Assembly (NCBI GenBank): GCA_036555375.1
Contig: DATBLJ010000018.1
Location: 2,617 to 66,616 of the forward strand
DNA from: Candidatus Limnocylindria bacterium
Lineage (GTDB): Bacteria > Chloroflexota > Limnocylindria > QHBO01
Reading direction: 5' to 3'
DNA: 64,000 bases
A program made the translations under genes and the position numbers. The notes under the pieces were generated by a model, which was given only the letters and a program-made list of their open reading frames with translations, was not told the DNA's origin and did not search any database. Each line of letters opens with the position of its first letter. Position 1 is the first letter of the stretch. Shown piece after piece: positions 1 to 11,643 of the stretch.

Positions 1-2635
1 CCTCCAGGCCGATCTCGCCCGGCTCGAGGGCGGCGACCTGGGCGAGGCGGCCGAGACGTGGGCGTCCGCGCTGACCGCCGGGCCCACCGCCGACCATCTG
101 CCGGCCAATGCGCACGTCGTGCTGGCCGATGCCGATCAACTCCAGGCCGCGGGCACCGACGCGGATCGGTGGGCGGCCGATCGTCGCGCGGCGCTCGTCG
201 ACGCCGGGGAGCTGCCCCCAGACTGGCCGCTCCCCTACGCGGCGCGGACGCAGGTGGCGGCGCTGGCCGACCGGGCGGACGAGCGGCTCGAGGAGGGAGA
301 CGCCCCCGACGGAGGCTACGGGCCGGCGCCGGCGCTGCCGGGAGCTGCGGAGCACCTCGGGGAGCGAATTCGCGCGCTGGCGGCCGGGGGCCGACGCGTC
401 GTCATCGCAACCGACCAGGCCAGCCGGCTGACGGAGCTGCTCGGGGACGTCCCCGGCCAGATCGGTCCGCTGGACGAGCTGGCCGGCCCTCCGGCACCCG
501 GCGAGATCGCGGTGGTCCACGGCTCGGCCGGGGCGGGCCTGGTCCACGAGCCGTCAGCCGTCGTCCTGCTGACCGACCGGGAGCTGTTCGGGGCGACCCG
601 GGTGCGCCGGCTGCTCACCAGCAAGCGCGTGGTGACCCGGGACCTGATCTCGCGCCTGGAGCCCGGGGAGCTGGTCGTCCACGTCGACCACGGCATCGCC
701 CGCTACGTGGGGATGACGCAGCGCACGTTCGGCGACCAGGTCCGCGAGTACCTCCAGCTCGATTTCGCCGGCGACGACAAGATCTTCCTGCCGGCCGACC
801 AGGTCGGCCGGATCACTCGCTACTCGGGTGGGCCGGCGCCGGGCCTCTCGAAGCTCGGCGGCCGGGAGTGGCTGAACACGAAACGCCGGGTCCGCGCGGC
901 GGTCCTCGACCTGGCCGACGACCTGCTCGAGCTGTACGCCGCTCGCGAGCAGGCGGCGGGCTTTGCGTACCCCGATGACACGGTCTGGCAGCGCGAGCTC
1001 GAGGAGTCCTTCCCGTTCACGGAGACGCCGGACCAGGAGCGGACCATCCGGGACGTGGCGGCCGACATGGCCCGCCGGCGACCGATGGACCGGCTGGTGG
1101 CCGGGGACGTCGGGTACGGCAAGACCGAGGTGGCGCTGCGGGCCGCCTTCCGCGTCGTCGAGGCCGGTCGCCAGGCGGCGGTCCTGGTCCCAACCACCGT
1201 CCTCGCCCAGCAGCACCTGCTGACCTTCCAGCGCCGCTTCGCGGCCTTCCCGGTGCAGGTCGCGATGCTCAGCCGGTTCGTCGGCAAGGCGGACCAGGCC
1301 CGGATCCTCGACGAGCTGGCGGCGGGCACGGTCGACGTCGTGATCGGCACTCATCGGCTCCTCAGCAAGGACGTCGCGTTCGCCGACCTGGGGCTGCTGG
1401 TCGTCGACGAGGAGCAGCGGTTCGGAGTGGCGCAGAAGGAGAAGATCAAGCAACTCCGCCGCGAGGTCGACGTCCTCACCCTGTCGGCGACCCCGATCCC
1501 GCGGACCCTCCACCTCAGCTTGGTCGGCATCCGCGACCTGAGCGTCATCGAGACCGCCCCGGAGGCGCGGCTGCCGATCCTGACCCGCATTGCCGAGGAT
1601 GACGACGGGCTGGTCCGGGACGCGATCACCCGCGAGATCGACCGCGGTGGGCAGGTGTTCTACGTCCACAACCGCGTCGAGACGATCGAGGGAGCTGCGG
1701 CTCGGGTCCGGCGCCTCGTCCCGAGGGCCCGGGTGGCCATCGGTCACGGCCAGATGGCCGAGGGGATGCTGGAACGGGTCATGCTCGACTTCGACGCCGG
1801 GAAATTCGACGTCCTGGTGTGCACCACGATCATCGAGTCCGGCTTGGACATCCCGAACGCGAACACGATGCTCATTGCCCGGGCCGACACGTTCGGCCTG
1901 GCCCAGCTCTACCAGCTCCGTGGCCGGGTGGGCCGCTCTGACCGCCGGGCCTACGCCTACCTGCTCCACCGACGCGGCTTCCCGCTGTCACCGGTGGCGC
2001 GCCGTCGGCTGCACGCGATCTTCTCGGCCTCGGACCTCGGGGCCGGCTACCAGATCGCCCTGTCCGACCTCGAGATCCGCGGGGCGGGCAACATCCTCGG
2101 TCCCGAGCAGTCGGGCTACATGGCGGCGGTCGGGTTCGAGCTCTACACCCAGCTCCTGGCGGAGGCGGTCGATGCCCGGCGCGGTCGCTTCCGCCCGCCG
2201 GAGCCGGCGCCGGTCCGGATCGAGCTGCCGCTGTCCGCGTACCTCCCGGACGGCTATGTCGGCGCACCGGGCGCCAAGCTCGAGGTCTACCGGCGGTTCG
2301 CCCAGGTGACGACCGATGCGGACGCCGCGGCGCTGCGCGAGCACCTCCTCGACCGGTTTGGATCGATGCCGCCGGAAGTCGAGGGCCTCTTCAGGGTCGT
2401 CGCGGTTCGGCTGGCGGCCGAGGCGGCCGGCGTGTCGGAGGTGCGGGTCGACGAAGGGCGCCTGATCCTGAAATGGCGCCGCTACGAGCGCGAGACGATG
2501 ACCCGCGCCCTGAGCCTGGCCGGGTTCCGGCCGGTGGCCGGGTCGAACCAGGTTCGGATCCCTCTGGCGCGCGGCCGCGATCCGGTCGAGACCGTGTTGA
2601 AGGCCCTCGCCGCCGTGACCCGGGAAACGCCGTGA
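1..2635 (+). CDS. mfd: transcription-repair coupling factor Mfd (C-terminal about 880 aa; 5' end outside window)
   Basis: Frame open from the window edge. Mfd motifs [37 protein letters not shown]; helicase motif [16 protein letters not shown]; C-terminal TRCF region. Stop TGA 2633-2635. High GC3. Confidence 0.9.
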   Translation, partial: LQADLARLEGGDLGEAAETWASALTAGPTADHLPANAHVVLADADQLQAAGTDADRWAADRRAALVDAGELPPDWPLPYAARTQVAALADRADERLEEGDAPDGGYGPAPALPGAAEHLGERIRALAAGGRRVVIATDQASRLTELLGDVPGQIGPLDELAGPPAPGEIAVVHGSAGAGLVHEPSAVVLLTDRELFGATRVRRLLTSKRVVTRDLISRLEPGELVVHVDHGIARYVGMTQRTFGDQVREYLQLDFAGDDKIFLPADQVGRITRYSGGPAPGLSKLGGREWLNTKRRVRAAVLDLADDLLELYAAREQAAGFAYPDDTVWQRELEESFPFTETPDQERTIRDVAADMARRRPMDRLVAGDVGYGKTEVALRAAFRVVEAGRQAAVLVPTTVLAQQHLLTFQRRFAAFPVQVAMLSRFVGKADQARILDELAAGTVDVVIGTHRLLSKDVAFADLGLLVVDEEQRFGVAQKEKIKQLRREVDVLTLSATPIPRTLHLSLVGIRDLSVIETAPEARLPILTRIAEDDDGLVRDAITREIDRGGQVFYVHNRVETIEGAAARVRRLVPRARVAIGHGQMAEGMLERVMLDFDAGKFDVLVCTTIIESGLDIPNANTMLIARADTFGLAQLYQLRGRVGRSDRRAYAYLLHRRGFPLSPVARRRLHAIFSASDLGAGYQIALSDLEIRGAGNILGPEQSGYMAAVGFELYTQLLAEAVDARRGRFRPPEPAPVRIELPLSAYLPDGYVGAPGAKLEVYRRFAQVTTDADAAALREHLLDRFGSMPPEVEGLFRVVAVRLAAEAAGVSEVRVDEGRLILKWRRYERETMTRALSLAGFRPVAGSNQVRIPLARGRDPVETVLKALAAVTRETP

Positions 2636-3654
2636 GCCCAGCGCGGCTCGAGCTCTCTCGCGATCAGATCCTCGCCTACCGGCGCCGCGTCCAGTCGCTC
2701 GACGAGCGGATGCCGGCCGGCGAGGCGTCACTTCGCCGGGCGGCGTGGGCCGGCCTCCAGGACAGCATGCCGCGCGCCGCCCTGCTCCAGATCCACGCCC
2801 GGGTCGAAGGCGCCGACCCCTCGTCCTGGGAGGCACCGTCCCTCGTCCAGCTCTGGGGGCCGCGGTTTTCGGTGTACGTCGTCGACCGGCGGGACCTGGC
2901 CGCGTTCTCGCTCGGGCGGCTCCCCGAGGAGGGCCCGGGTCGGGCCGTGGCCACCGACCTCGCCGACCGGCTGCGGGCCGCCATCGGCGATCGGACCGTC
3001 CTCCACGACGACGCCGGAGCGGCGCTCGACGTCCATCCCAACCGGCTCCGCTACGCGGCCACGACTGGCACCCTGCTCATCCGCTGGGGCGGGGCGCGCC
3101 AGGCGACGCTGCGGATAGTGCCGCCGCCTGAGATCGAGCCGATGGCCGCGCGCCTCGACCTCGCACGCCGCTACCTCCACGTCTTCGGGGTCGCGACGCC
3201 CGCAGCCTTCGCCGAGTGGGCCGGGATCGGTCCGCGTGAGGCTGGGGCCGCCTTCGCCGCGCTCGAGCCGGAGCTGGCACCGGTCCGGACGCCGATCGGC
3301 GACGGCTGGATCCTCGCCGACGACGAAGCCGCATTCGCCATCCCAACGCAGCCGGCGGCCCCGGCCCGGCTCCTGCCCAGCGGGGACACGTACTACCTCC
3401 TCCAGGGCGCGGATCGCGAGCTCCTGGTCCCGGAGGCCGACCGCCGCGCCCGGCTGTGGACCTCGCGGGTCTGGCCCGGCGCGGTCCTGGTCGGAGGCGA
3501 GATCGCCGGGACGTGGCGCCGCGCCGGTCCGAAGGTCTCCGTCGAGACCTTCCGGCGCTTCTCGGTCGACGAGCGCGGCGCCGTCGAGTCCGAGGCCGAA
3601 CAGCTGCCGCTGCCGGACGTGGCGGGCCGGATCCGGGTGACCTGGGAGCCGTGA
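2632..3654 (+). CDS. winged-helix DNA-binding domain protein, YcaQ/AlkZ-like (DNA glycosylase/crosslink repair family), tentative
   Basis: GTG 2632 overlaps the mfd stop (GTGA). About 340 aa, similar in size and composition to the YcaQ family; family assignment is from recollection only. Confidence 0.45.
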   Translation: MSPARLELSRDQILAYRRRVQSLDERMPAGEASLRRAAWAGLQDSMPRAALLQIHARVEGADPSSWEAPSLVQLWGPRFSVYVVDRRDLAAFSLGRLPEEGPGRAVATDLADRLRAAIGDRTVLHDDAGAALDVHPNRLRYAATTGTLLIRWGGARQATLRIVPPPEIEPMAARLDLARRYLHVFGVATPAAFAEWAGIGPREAGAAFAALEPELAPVRTPIGDGWILADDEAAFAIPTQPAAPARLLPSGDTYYLLQGADRELLVPEADRRARLWTSRVWPGAVLVGGEIAGTWRRAGPKVSVETFRRFSVDERGAVESEAEQLPLPDVAGRIRVTWEP

Positions 3655-4940
3655 CCGCGGGAACAGGCCCGCGGCGCGCCTACGCGGTCTACCTCTGGCT
3701 CGAGGCGTCCGAGTACTACTGCTACATGCTGGTCTTCACGGCCGGCGCGCTCTACGGGATCCAGGTCGCCCACCTCGACGCATTCCAGCTCGTCCTCGTC
3801 GGGACCGCGCTCGAGGTCGCGGCGCTCGTCTTCGAGGTCCCGACCGGGATCGTGGCCGACACCGTCAGCCGGCGGCTGTCGATCATCCTCGGCTGCCTGT
3901 TCATCGGCGCGGGGTTCATCCTGTGGGGCACCGTTCCGCTGTTCATCCCGATCCTGCTGGCGCAGATCCTCTGGGGCTTTGGCGCGACGTTCCAGTCGGG
4001 GGCCACCGAAGCGTGGATCGCCGACGAGCTGCAGGGCCATGACGTCGGGCGGACGTACCTGCGCGGCTCACAGCTTGGGTACGCGGCAGCGGCCCTCGGC
4101 ATCGTCAGCAGCGCGCTGCTCGGCTCGCTGTTCGGGTTGGCGATACCGATGGTGGTGGGTGGCATCGGCTTCCTGGTCATCGCCGTGACGCTGGTGGCCT
4201 TCATGCCCGAGCAGCACTACACCCCGATCCCGCGCGGCGAGCGCAGCCGCGCGCGGCAGATGGGGGATACCCTCACGGCGGGCCTGCGAACCGTGCGCGC
4301 ACGGCCGGTGCTCCTGACGATCCTCCTCATCACGTTCCTCAGCGCAGCCGCCAGCGAGACCCTCGACCGGCTTTGGGAGTTCCACCTCCTCAACGACTTC
4401 ACCTTGCCGACCGACGTCGAGCTGCCGCCCATCGCCTGGTTCGGCCTGATCAGCGTCAGCTCGCTGCTTGCCAGCATCGTGGTCGCGGAGGTCGCGCGCC
4501 GCCGGTTGGACACCGACGACCACGTCGCGACGGCCAAGGCTCTCCTTGGGATGAACAGCGCGCTGCTGGTCGGGATGGTCGTCTTCGCGCTCGCCGTGAG
4601 CTTCGAGACGGCGGTTGCCGCGTACTTCGTCGCCCGCGTTATGCGTCGGGCGATGATCCCGATCAGCACCGCCTGGATCAACCAGAGCCTCACGCCCCAC
4701 GTCCGGGCCACGGTCATGTCGCTGAACGCCCAGACCGATGCCGTGGGCCAGATCACCGGCGGCCCGCTGCTCGGCGCGCTGGCGCTCACCGCCGGCGTCC
4801 CGGCGGCGATGCTCGCCGCGGCCGGGTTCATCGCCCCCTCACTCCTGCTCTACGTCCGGACCATCCGCCTGCACGGGCGGGACGTCATCGGCGACGATGA
4901 GGACGTGAATCCCGACGCCGAGGCGGAGCCTGCCCCGTGA
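3651..4940 (+). CDS. MFS transporter
   Basis: GTG 3651 overlaps the upstream stop (GTGA). About 12 predicted TM helices with an MFS-like pattern (…FEVPTGIVADTVSRR…). An alternative ATG start lies near 3726. Confidence 0.7.
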   Translation: MTAGTGPRRAYAVYLWLEASEYYCYMLVFTAGALYGIQVAHLDAFQLVLVGTALEVAALVFEVPTGIVADTVSRRLSIILGCLFIGAGFILWGTVPLFIPILLAQILWGFGATFQSGATEAWIADELQGHDVGRTYLRGSQLGYAAAALGIVSSALLGSLFGLAIPMVVGGIGFLVIAVTLVAFMPEQHYTPIPRGERSRARQMGDTLTAGLRTVRARPVLLTILLITFLSAAASETLDRLWEFHLLNDFTLPTDVELPPIAWFGLISVSSLLASIVVAEVARRRLDTDDHVATAKALLGMNSALLVGMVVFALAVSFETAVAAYFVARVMRRAMIPISTAWINQSLTPHVRATVMSLNAQTDAVGQITGGPLLGALALTAGVPAAMLAAAGFIAPSLLLYVRTIRLHGRDVIGDDEDVNPDAEAEPAP

Positions 4941-5461
4941 CCGCCATTCGCCTGCGCGACGTGACCCTCGACGATCTCGAGATCCTCGAGGGCTGGGCGG
5001 GGAGCCCGGAGGCGCGGGGCGAGTTCAACGACTTCGGGCCCTCGGAAGGTGGCACCTCGCTCCGCGAGGCGCTCGAGCAGGGCCCGCTCCGGAACGAGCG
5101 GAACGGCGAGATGCTGATCGTGCTCGAGCCCGAGGGCACGCCGATCGGCACCGTCGGGTGGCACGAGGTCCGCTACGGGCCGAACGCCGGCTCGCGGGCC
5201 TGGAACATCGGGATCGCCCTTCTCCCCGAGCATCGTGGCCAAGGGCACGGCGCCACCGCCCAGCGGGTGCTCGCCGACTACCTCTTCGAGACGACCGATG
5301 TGAACCGGGTCGAGGCCCAGACCGATGTCGAGAACCACGCGGAACAGCGAGCGCTCGAGAAGGCAGGCTTCACCCGTGAAGGCACCGCTCGGGGCTCCCA
5401 GTTCCGCGCCGGGGAGTACCACGACATCCTGACCTTCGCGCGACTGCGCACCGACACCTGA
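4937..5461 (+). CDS. GNAT family N-acetyltransferase
   Basis: 174 aa with the GNAT acetyl-CoA fold motif (…HRGQGHGATAQRVLADYLF…). Start overlaps the MFS stop. A hairpin GGACGGGCGCACCCGTCC follows at about 5490-5508. Confidence 0.75.
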   Translation: MTAIRLRDVTLDDLEILEGWAGSPEARGEFNDFGPSEGGTSLREALEQGPLRNERNGEMLIVLEPEGTPIGTVGWHEVRYGPNAGSRAWNIGIALLPEHRGQGHGATAQRVLADYLFETTDVNRVEAQTDVENHAEQRALEKAGFTREGTARGSQFRAGEYHDILTFARLRTDT

Positions 5462-5542
5462 GGCGTATACTCGAAGCGAATCTCGACCCGGGACGGGCGC
5501 ACCCGTCCGGCGCCGATCAGCATCGACTGAGGAGGCGCGATC

Positions 5543-8227
5543 GTGACGACCCAACCCCCACCTGATCCTTCGGCTGCGCGCGCGACGTTGCGCGTCGGCG
5601 ACCGCTCGTATCGGTATTTCGACCTGACCGCGTTGGGCGTCCCCGACCTGGATCGGCTGCCGTACACGGTCAAGGTCCTGATCGAGAACGCCGCCCGGCA
5701 CGCGGCATCGAAGAGTGGCCTGGTCACGCCCGACGACCTCGCGACGCTGGCCGCCTGGCGCCCGGGCACCGATCCGGGCACGACCGAGCTGCCGTTCCTC
5801 CCGGCCCGGGTCATCCTCCAGGACTTCACCGGCGTCCCGTGCGTCGTCGACCTGGCGGCGATGCGCGACGCGATCGCCGAGATGGGCGGAGACCCGGCCC
5901 GGGTCAACCCGCTCGTCCCCGCCGACCTGGTCATCGACCACTCCGTCCAGGTCGACCAGTACGGCTCGGACGCCGCGTTCCTGATCAACGTCGAGCGCGA
6001 GTACGAGCGCAACGGCGAGCGCTACGCCCTGCTCCGCTGGGCGCAGACCGCCTTCGCGAACTTCCGGGTCGTGCCGCCCGGGACCGGCATCGTCCACCAG
6101 GTCAACCTCGAATACCTCGCCGACGTCGTCTCGGCGCGTCCCGAGCCCGATGGCACGCTCACCGCGTTCCCGGACACGGTCGTGGGCACCGACTCCCACA
6201 CGACGATGGTCAACGGGCTCGGCGTGGTCGGCTGGGGCGTGGGCGGGATCGAGGCCGAGGCCGCGCTGCTCGGCCAGCCGTCCTACCTGCCGCTCCCGAT
6301 CGTCGTCGGCTTCCGGCTCGACGGGGAGCTGCGCCCGGGAACGACCGCCACCGACCTCGTCCTGACCGTGACCGAGATGCTTCGCGCCCACGGGGTCGTC
6401 GGCAAGTTCGTCGAGTTCCACGGCACCGGCCTGTCGCGGCTGGGGCTCGCCGACCGGGCGACGATCAGCAACATGAGCCCCGAGTTCGGGGCCACCGCCA
6501 CCCTGTTCCCGGTCGACGACGAGACGCTCCGCTACCTGCGGATGACCGGCCGGCCGAACGAGGTCGTTGCCCGGGTCGAGGCCTACACCAAGGCCCAGCA
6601 CCTGTTCCGGACCGATGCCTCCCCGGAGCCTCTGTTCAGCGAGTCACTCGAGCTCGACCTCGGCGAGGTCGAGTCGTCGCTGGCCGGCCCGCGCCGTCCC
6701 CAGGACCGGGTCGCGCTGCCGGGCCTGCCGGAGAACTTCCGGGCCGCCTTCCCCGACGCGCTCGACCGCTCGGCCACCGTCCAGCTGAACGGCACGGCCG
6801 ATGCGCTCCGCTCGGGGTCGGTCCTGATCGCGGCGATCACCTCGTGCACGAACACCTCGAACCCATCGGTCATGGTCGCCGCCGGCCTGCTCGCCCAACG
6901 GGCGGTCGCACGGGGGCTGACCGTCCCACACTGGGTGAAGACGTCGTTCGCGCCGGGGTCGAAGGTCGTCACCCAGTACCTCGAGGCGGCCGGCCTGATG
7001 GATCCGCTCGAGGCGCTCGGCTTCCACCTCGTCGGCTTCGGCTGCACGACCTGCATCGGCAACTCCGGGCCGCTCGCCCAGCCGATCGCGGAGGCCGTCG
7101 AGCAGACCGACCTGGTCGGCGTCGCGGTGCTGAGCGGGAACCGGAACTTCGAGGGACGGATTCATCCGCTGACCCGCGCCAGCTACCTGGCCTCGCCACC
7201 GCTGGTCGTGGCCTTCGCCCTGGCCGGGCGGATCGACATCGACCTGACGTCAGAGCCGATCGGTACCGATGGGACCGGCGCATCGGTCTACCTCGCCGAC
7301 CTGTGGCCGACCCAGGCCGAGGTCGATGCGGTCGTCGCCGAGCAGGTGCGGTCGGAGATCTTCACCCGCGAGTACGCCTCCGTCTTCGACGGGGACGACC
7401 ACTGGCGGTCGCTGCCGGTCCCCGAGGGCGGGCGCTACGCCTGGGATCCGGCCTCGACCTACGTCGCGCGGCCGCCGTTCTTCGACGGCCTGACCGCCGA
7501 GCCACCACCGCTGACCGACATCGTCGACGCGCGGGTGCTGTGCTGGATGGGCGACTCGGTCACGACCGACCACATCTCGCCGGCCGGCTCGATCCCGACC
7601 ACCAGCCCAGCCGGGCAATGGCTGATCTCGCAGGGTGTCGAGCCCCGCGACTTCAACTCGTACGGCGCGCGGCGCGGCCACCACGAGGTCCTCGTCCGCG
7701 GCACGTTCGCCAACATCCGGCTCCGCAACCGGCTCACGCCGGATGCCGAGGGCAACGTCACTGAGCACATCCCGAGCGGGGAGCGGACCTCGATCTACGA
7801 GGCCGCCCAGCGCTACCTCGCCAGCGGCACGCCGTTGATCGTCCTGGCCGGCCGCGAGTACGGCTCGGGGTCGTCGCGCGACTGGGCGGCCAAGGGGCCG
7901 CTCCTCCAGGGCGTGCGGGCGGTCATCGCCGAGTCATACGAGCGGATCCATCGCTCGAACCTGCTCGGGATGGGGATCCTGCCCTGCCAGTACCGGCCCG
8001 GGGAGTCCGCCGACACGCTGGGCCTCACCGGGCGCGAGGCGTTCACGATCCGCGGCCTGGCGGCCGGGCTCAGCCCACGCCAGGAGCTGACCGTGGAGGC
8101 CCGCGCCGAGGACGGGACGGTGACGACCTTCGGGGTGATCGCCCGCCTCGACGGGCCGGTCGACGTCGAGTACCACCGCCAGGGCGGTGTCCTGCAGACC
8201 GTGCTCCGGCGGCTCGCCGCCGGCTGA
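5543..8227 (+). CDS. acnA: aconitate hydratase AcnA
   Basis: 894 aa with aconitase signatures (VKVLIENAARH, GTDSHTTMVNGLGVVGWGVGGIEAEAALLGQP, CTNTSNP, SGNRNFEGR). SD GAGGAGG 7 nt before GTG 5543. Confidence 0.95.
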   Translation: MTTQPPPDPSAARATLRVGDRSYRYFDLTALGVPDLDRLPYTVKVLIENAARHAASKSGLVTPDDLATLAAWRPGTDPGTTELPFLPARVILQDFTGVPCVVDLAAMRDAIAEMGGDPARVNPLVPADLVIDHSVQVDQYGSDAAFLINVEREYERNGERYALLRWAQTAFANFRVVPPGTGIVHQVNLEYLADVVSARPEPDGTLTAFPDTVVGTDSHTTMVNGLGVVGWGVGGIEAEAALLGQPSYLPLPIVVGFRLDGELRPGTTATDLVLTVTEMLRAHGVVGKFVEFHGTGLSRLGLADRATISNMSPEFGATATLFPVDDETLRYLRMTGRPNEVVARVEAYTKAQHLFRTDASPEPLFSESLELDLGEVESSLAGPRRPQDRVALPGLPENFRAAFPDALDRSATVQLNGTADALRSGSVLIAAITSCTNTSNPSVMVAAGLLAQRAVARGLTVPHWVKTSFAPGSKVVTQYLEAAGLMDPLEALGFHLVGFGCTTCIGNSGPLAQPIAEAVEQTDLVGVAVLSGNRNFEGRIHPLTRASYLASPPLVVAFALAGRIDIDLTSEPIGTDGTGASVYLADLWPTQAEVDAVVAEQVRSEIFTREYASVFDGDDHWRSLPVPEGGRYAWDPASTYVARPPFFDGLTAEPPPLTDIVDARVLCWMGDSVTTDHISPAGSIPTTSPAGQWLISQGVEPRDFNSYGARRGHHEVLVRGTFANIRLRNRLTPDAEGNVTEHIPSGERTSIYEAAQRYLASGTPLIVLAGREYGSGSSRDWAAKGPLLQGVRAVIAESYERIHRSNLLGMGILPCQYRPGESADTLGLTGREAFTIRGLAAGLSPRQELTVEARAEDGTVTTFGVIARLDGPVDVEYHRQGGVLQTVLRRLAAG

Positions 8228-8258
8228 CCCCTGCAGGCGCATGGAGCGCCGCAAAACA

Positions 8259-8286
8259 CGAGACCCGGGATCGCTCCCGGGTCTCG
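8259..8286. terminator. bidirectional intrinsic terminator hairpin (12-bp stem, loop TCGC)
   Basis: CGAGACCCGGGA-TCGC-TCCCGGGTCTCG immediately after the acnA stop. On the minus strand the hairpin is followed by UGUUUUG, so it also serves the convergent minus-strand genes. Confidence 0.6.
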
Positions 8287-8356
8287 CACTTCCCGGCTCG
8301 GAGGGCCTGGTGAGGGAAGCGTCATTCGCGGCGCCGCATGGGCACCGGCGCGTCGG

Positions 8357-8554
8357 CTATGGCGCGAACTCCTGGAACCCGCCGACTCGCTCGACGACCC
8401 AGTTGCTGGCCGGCTGGTCCTGGGGGATCGGGGCCGGGGACATCAGCGCGCCGATCGCGACGGCGGCGCCGAGGATGAGGATCGTCAGCGCGCCCACCAG
8501 GGTTGCCAGGACCTGGGGACTCGTGCTGCTGGCAGGGAGGGTGGTGGTCGTCAT
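8357..8554 (-). CDS. small single-TM membrane protein (65 aa), hypothetical
   Basis: Very high GC3 in frame; one hydrophobic helix (LATLVGALTILILGAAVAIGAL); GGAG 6 nt upstream of ATG; followed on the minus strand by the 8259-8286 terminator with a U-tract. Confidence 0.5.
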   Translation of the reverse strand: MTTTTLPASSTSPQVLATLVGALTILILGAAVAIGALMSPAPIPQDQPASNWVVERVGGFQEFAP

Positions 8555-8659
8555 CGGTCTGGTCTCCGGTGGGTGACTTGAATGCCCCGGAGGATGCGGC
8601 CGGCGACGAATGGACCGATATCGGCCGCCGGACGACGGGCCTGTCCGATCGCTGACAGG

Positions 8660-10996
8660 TCAGGCGCTGAGCGCGCTCTCCCAGCTCTCGGCCATCGCCT
8701 CGGGCACCGCATCGGCCGGTAGCGGCGGCGAGAAGTGGTACCCCTGTCCCAGCCGGCAGCCGAGCTCGCGGAGGCGAACGACCTGGTCGCCTCGCTCGAT
8801 GCCCTCGGCGAGGACCTGGAGTCGAAGCGTCTGGCCGAGCTTGATGATCGAGCGCAGGAGGACCGGCACCTCACGGTCGTCTCCGAGGGACGCGGTGAAC
8901 GACCGGTCGATCTTCAGCAGGTCGACCGGCAACCGCTCGAGGTAGCTCAGCGAGGAGTAGCCGGTTCCGAAGTCGTCCATCGCCAGCTGGACGCCGATGC
9001 CGCGCAGCTTCTGGAGCGTCTCCTCGGTGTCGGCGACGTCGGCCATCAACGTGCTCTCGGTGAGCTCGAGGACGAGCCGATGCGGATCGAGCGCGGCCTC
9101 CTCGAGGGCAAGGCTGACGGTCTCGACCAGCCGCGGATCGGCCAGCTGGCGGGGCGAGACGTTGACGCTCACCACCGGCCGGTGGCCGTTCGTGCCGGGC
9201 AGCGCCTTCGTCTGGTCCCAGGCGGCCATCTGGCGACACGCTTCCGCGGCGACCCAGGCGCCGAGCGGGACGATGAGGCCGGTCTCCTCAGCCGCTGGAA
9301 TGAACTCGGCAGGTTCGATCAGGCCGCGCTCCGGGTGCCGCCACCGGACGAGCGCCTCGAGGCCCGCCAGGCGGCCGTTGCGGAGGTCGACGAACGGCTG
9401 GTAATGGAGGACGAAGTCGCCGCGACTGATCGCGTGCTCGAGCTCGGTCCGCAGCTCCTGGCGGCGGATCACGGCCAGGTGCATCCGTGGCTCGAAGAAT
9501 TCGATGCGGCCCTTGCCGCGTGCCTTGGCGGTGTACATCGCCAGGTCGGCGTGGCGGAGGAGGTCGTCGGCGGACGTCCCGGTCTGGGTGATCGCCACGC
9601 CGGCGCTGCCGCGGGCGAACACCTGCTTGCCCTGCAGGTCGAACGGGGACCGGAGGGCGGCCAGCACCCGCTCTGCGACGCGCCGGGCGGCCTCCCGGGT
9701 CGTCTCCTCGAGGAGGATCGCGAACTCGTCGCCGCCGAACCGGGCGACCGTGTCCTCGGGACGCATCACGCCGCGCAGCCGCTCGGCGACGGCGGTCAGC
9801 AGCTGGTCGCCCGCCGCATGGCCCAGCGAGTCGTTGACCGTCTTGAAGTCGTCCAGGTCGAGGAACACGACCGCCAGCGCGCGACGCGCACGCTGCCGGG
9901 CCATCGCATGGGCCAGCCGGTCGGCGAACAGCGCCCGGTTGGCGAGGCCGGTCAACGAGTCGTGGAACGCCTGGTGCTGGAGCTGGCGCTCGAGCTCCTT
10001 GCGGAGCGTGATGTCGTGGACGAGCGCCGAGAAGCTGACCGAGTCGCCGCTGCCGACCGCCCAGATGGTGAGCTCGACCGGAAACTCGCGGCCGTCGCGA
10101 TGGAGGGCGTTGATCTCGAGTCGCGTGCCAAGCACCGGCCCCTCCCCGGTCTCCAGGAAGCGGGCAATGCCCTGCCGATGCGCGTCGCGTTGGGCCAGGG
10201 GGACGATCCGGTCGGCCAGCGGCTTGCCGAGGATCTCCTCCCGGGACCAGCCGAACGTCTGCTCGGCGGCCTGGTTCCAGTCGGTGACCGTCCCCTCGCG
10301 GCTCATCCCGATGTACGCGTAGCTCGCGGTGTCGATGATCCGGCGGGTCTGCTCCTCGCTCTGGCGGAGCGCGTGCTCGGCGTCCTTCTGGCCGGTGATG
10401 TCGATGATGTAGCCCCGGAAGAAGGACGGGATGCCGTGCTCGTCGGCGATGATCACCGCCTCGTCGCGGATCCAGACCACCCGCCCGTCGCGGGACAGCA
10501 TCCGGTACTCGCTCGCGCTCACCACGCCCGGTTCGCGGCTCCAGTCCTCGTCTTCCTCCTGCTGGACTCGGGCGCGGTCGTCGGGGTGGATCTGGCGCAT
10601 CCAGAGGCCCGGATCGGCCATCCATTCCCCGGCGGAGAACCCGAGCAGGATCTCGATCCGGGGGCTCACGTAGTTCCAGGTCGCCTCCGGCCCGAAGCCC
10701 GCGATGTACAGGGCGGCCGGCAGCCGCTCGACGAGGGCGCGGAAGGTGCCCTCCTCGGTCTCCAGCCCGGCGAGGCGGGCGCCGGCGCGGTTGGCCGCGG
10801 TCACACGGGCCCACAGCATCACGCCCTGGGCGGCGGCCAGCATCACGAGGACGGCCGTGATCGCGCTCGTGAGCATGAACTGGCGTGGCTGGGTCCAGCT
10901 GGCCAGGAGCACGAGGATCGCGACGCCGACCGAGGACACCAGGATGAAGCCAGGCAGGAGGCGTTCGACCTGCCGGCGCAGCCGTCCCATCGACAT
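8660..10996 (-). CDS. membrane-anchored PAS/PAS-GGDEF-EAL signalling protein (diguanylate cyclase/phosphodiesterase)
   Basis: 778 aa. N-terminal TM helices, two PAS-like segments, GGDEF ([11 protein letters not shown]) and EAL (LEALVRW … [10 protein letters not shown]) motifs. Confidence 0.9.
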   Translation of the reverse strand: MSMGRLRRQVERLLPGFILVSSVGVAILVLLASWTQPRQFMLTSAITAVLVMLAAAQGVMLWARVTAANRAGARLAGLETEEGTFRALVERLPAALYIAGFGPEATWNYVSPRIEILLGFSAGEWMADPGLWMRQIHPDDRARVQQEEDEDWSREPGVVSASEYRMLSRDGRVVWIRDEAVIIADEHGIPSFFRGYIIDITGQKDAEHALRQSEEQTRRIIDTASYAYIGMSREGTVTDWNQAAEQTFGWSREEILGKPLADRIVPLAQRDAHRQGIARFLETGEGPVLGTRLEINALHRDGREFPVELTIWAVGSGDSVSFSALVHDITLRKELERQLQHQAFHDSLTGLANRALFADRLAHAMARQRARRALAVVFLDLDDFKTVNDSLGHAAGDQLLTAVAERLRGVMRPEDTVARFGGDEFAILLEETTREAARRVAERVLAALRSPFDLQGKQVFARGSAGVAITQTGTSADDLLRHADLAMYTAKARGKGRIEFFEPRMHLAVIRRQELRTELEHAISRGDFVLHYQPFVDLRNGRLAGLEALVRWRHPERGLIEPAEFIPAAEETGLIVPLGAWVAAEACRQMAAWDQTKALPGTNGHRPVVSVNVSPRQLADPRLVETVSLALEEAALDPHRLVLELTESTLMADVADTEETLQKLRGIGVQLAMDDFGTGYSSLSYLERLPVDLLKIDRSFTASLGDDREVPVLLRSIIKLGQTLRLQVLAEGIERGDQVVRLRELGCRLGQGYHFSPPLPADAVPEAMAESWESALSA

Positions 10997-11090
10997 CCCC
11001 GCGACCGTAGTCCCACCCGTTCGCGGCGACGATGGGCCAATGGTCCGGTCTTGATTGCGAGCGTCACGCCGAGCCGACTAGACTCCGCGC

Positions 11091-11621
11091 GTGACCGTGA
11101 CCTCGGCCGACGACCTGCGGAAGCTCATCCGCGAGGTTCCCGACTTCCCGAAGCCGGGCATCCTGTTCTATGACATCACGACCCTCCTGAAGGATCCGGA
11201 CGCCTTCCGCGAGGTCATCGACCGGATGGTCGAGCAGGTCAAGGGGACCGAGATCGACGTCGTCGTCGGCATGGAGTCGCGCGGGTTCATCTTCAGCGCC
11301 CCGATCGCCTACAAGCTCGGGGCGGGGTTCGTCCCGGTCCGCAAGCTCGGGAAGCTCCCCTCGGAGACGATCGAAGTCGAGTACGCCCTCGAGTACGGGA
11401 CCGCGACGCTCGAGATCCATCGCGACGCGATCGCGTCCGGCCAGCGCGTGCTGATCGTCGACGACCTGCTGGCCACCGGCGGGACGGTGATGGGCACCAT
11501 CGAGCTCGTCCAGCGGCTCGGCGGGGTCGTGGCCGGCCTCTCGTTCATGGTCGAGCTCAGCGCCCTCCACGGGCGCGAGGAGCTGTCCCAGTTCTCGATC
11601 CACGCGTTGCTCACCTACTGA
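11091..11621 (+). CDS. apt: adenine phosphoribosyltransferase
   Basis: 176 aa; [27 protein letters not shown] motif [13 protein letters not shown]. Confidence 0.9.
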   Translation: MTVTSADDLRKLIREVPDFPKPGILFYDITTLLKDPDAFREVIDRMVEQVKGTEIDVVVGMESRGFIFSAPIAYKLGAGFVPVRKLGKLPSETIEVEYALEYGTATLEIHRDAIASGQRVLIVDDLLATGGTVMGTIELVQRLGGVVAGLSFMVELSALHGREELSQFSIHALLTY

Positions 11622-11643
11622 CCGATCGGCGGCCGGGCGACCG

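Noticed and set aside
58-978. ORFs 58-978 and 108-431 in alternative frames at the window start
   Set aside because: They overlap the Mfd reading frame, which carries unmistakable Mfd motifs; alternative-frame artefacts.
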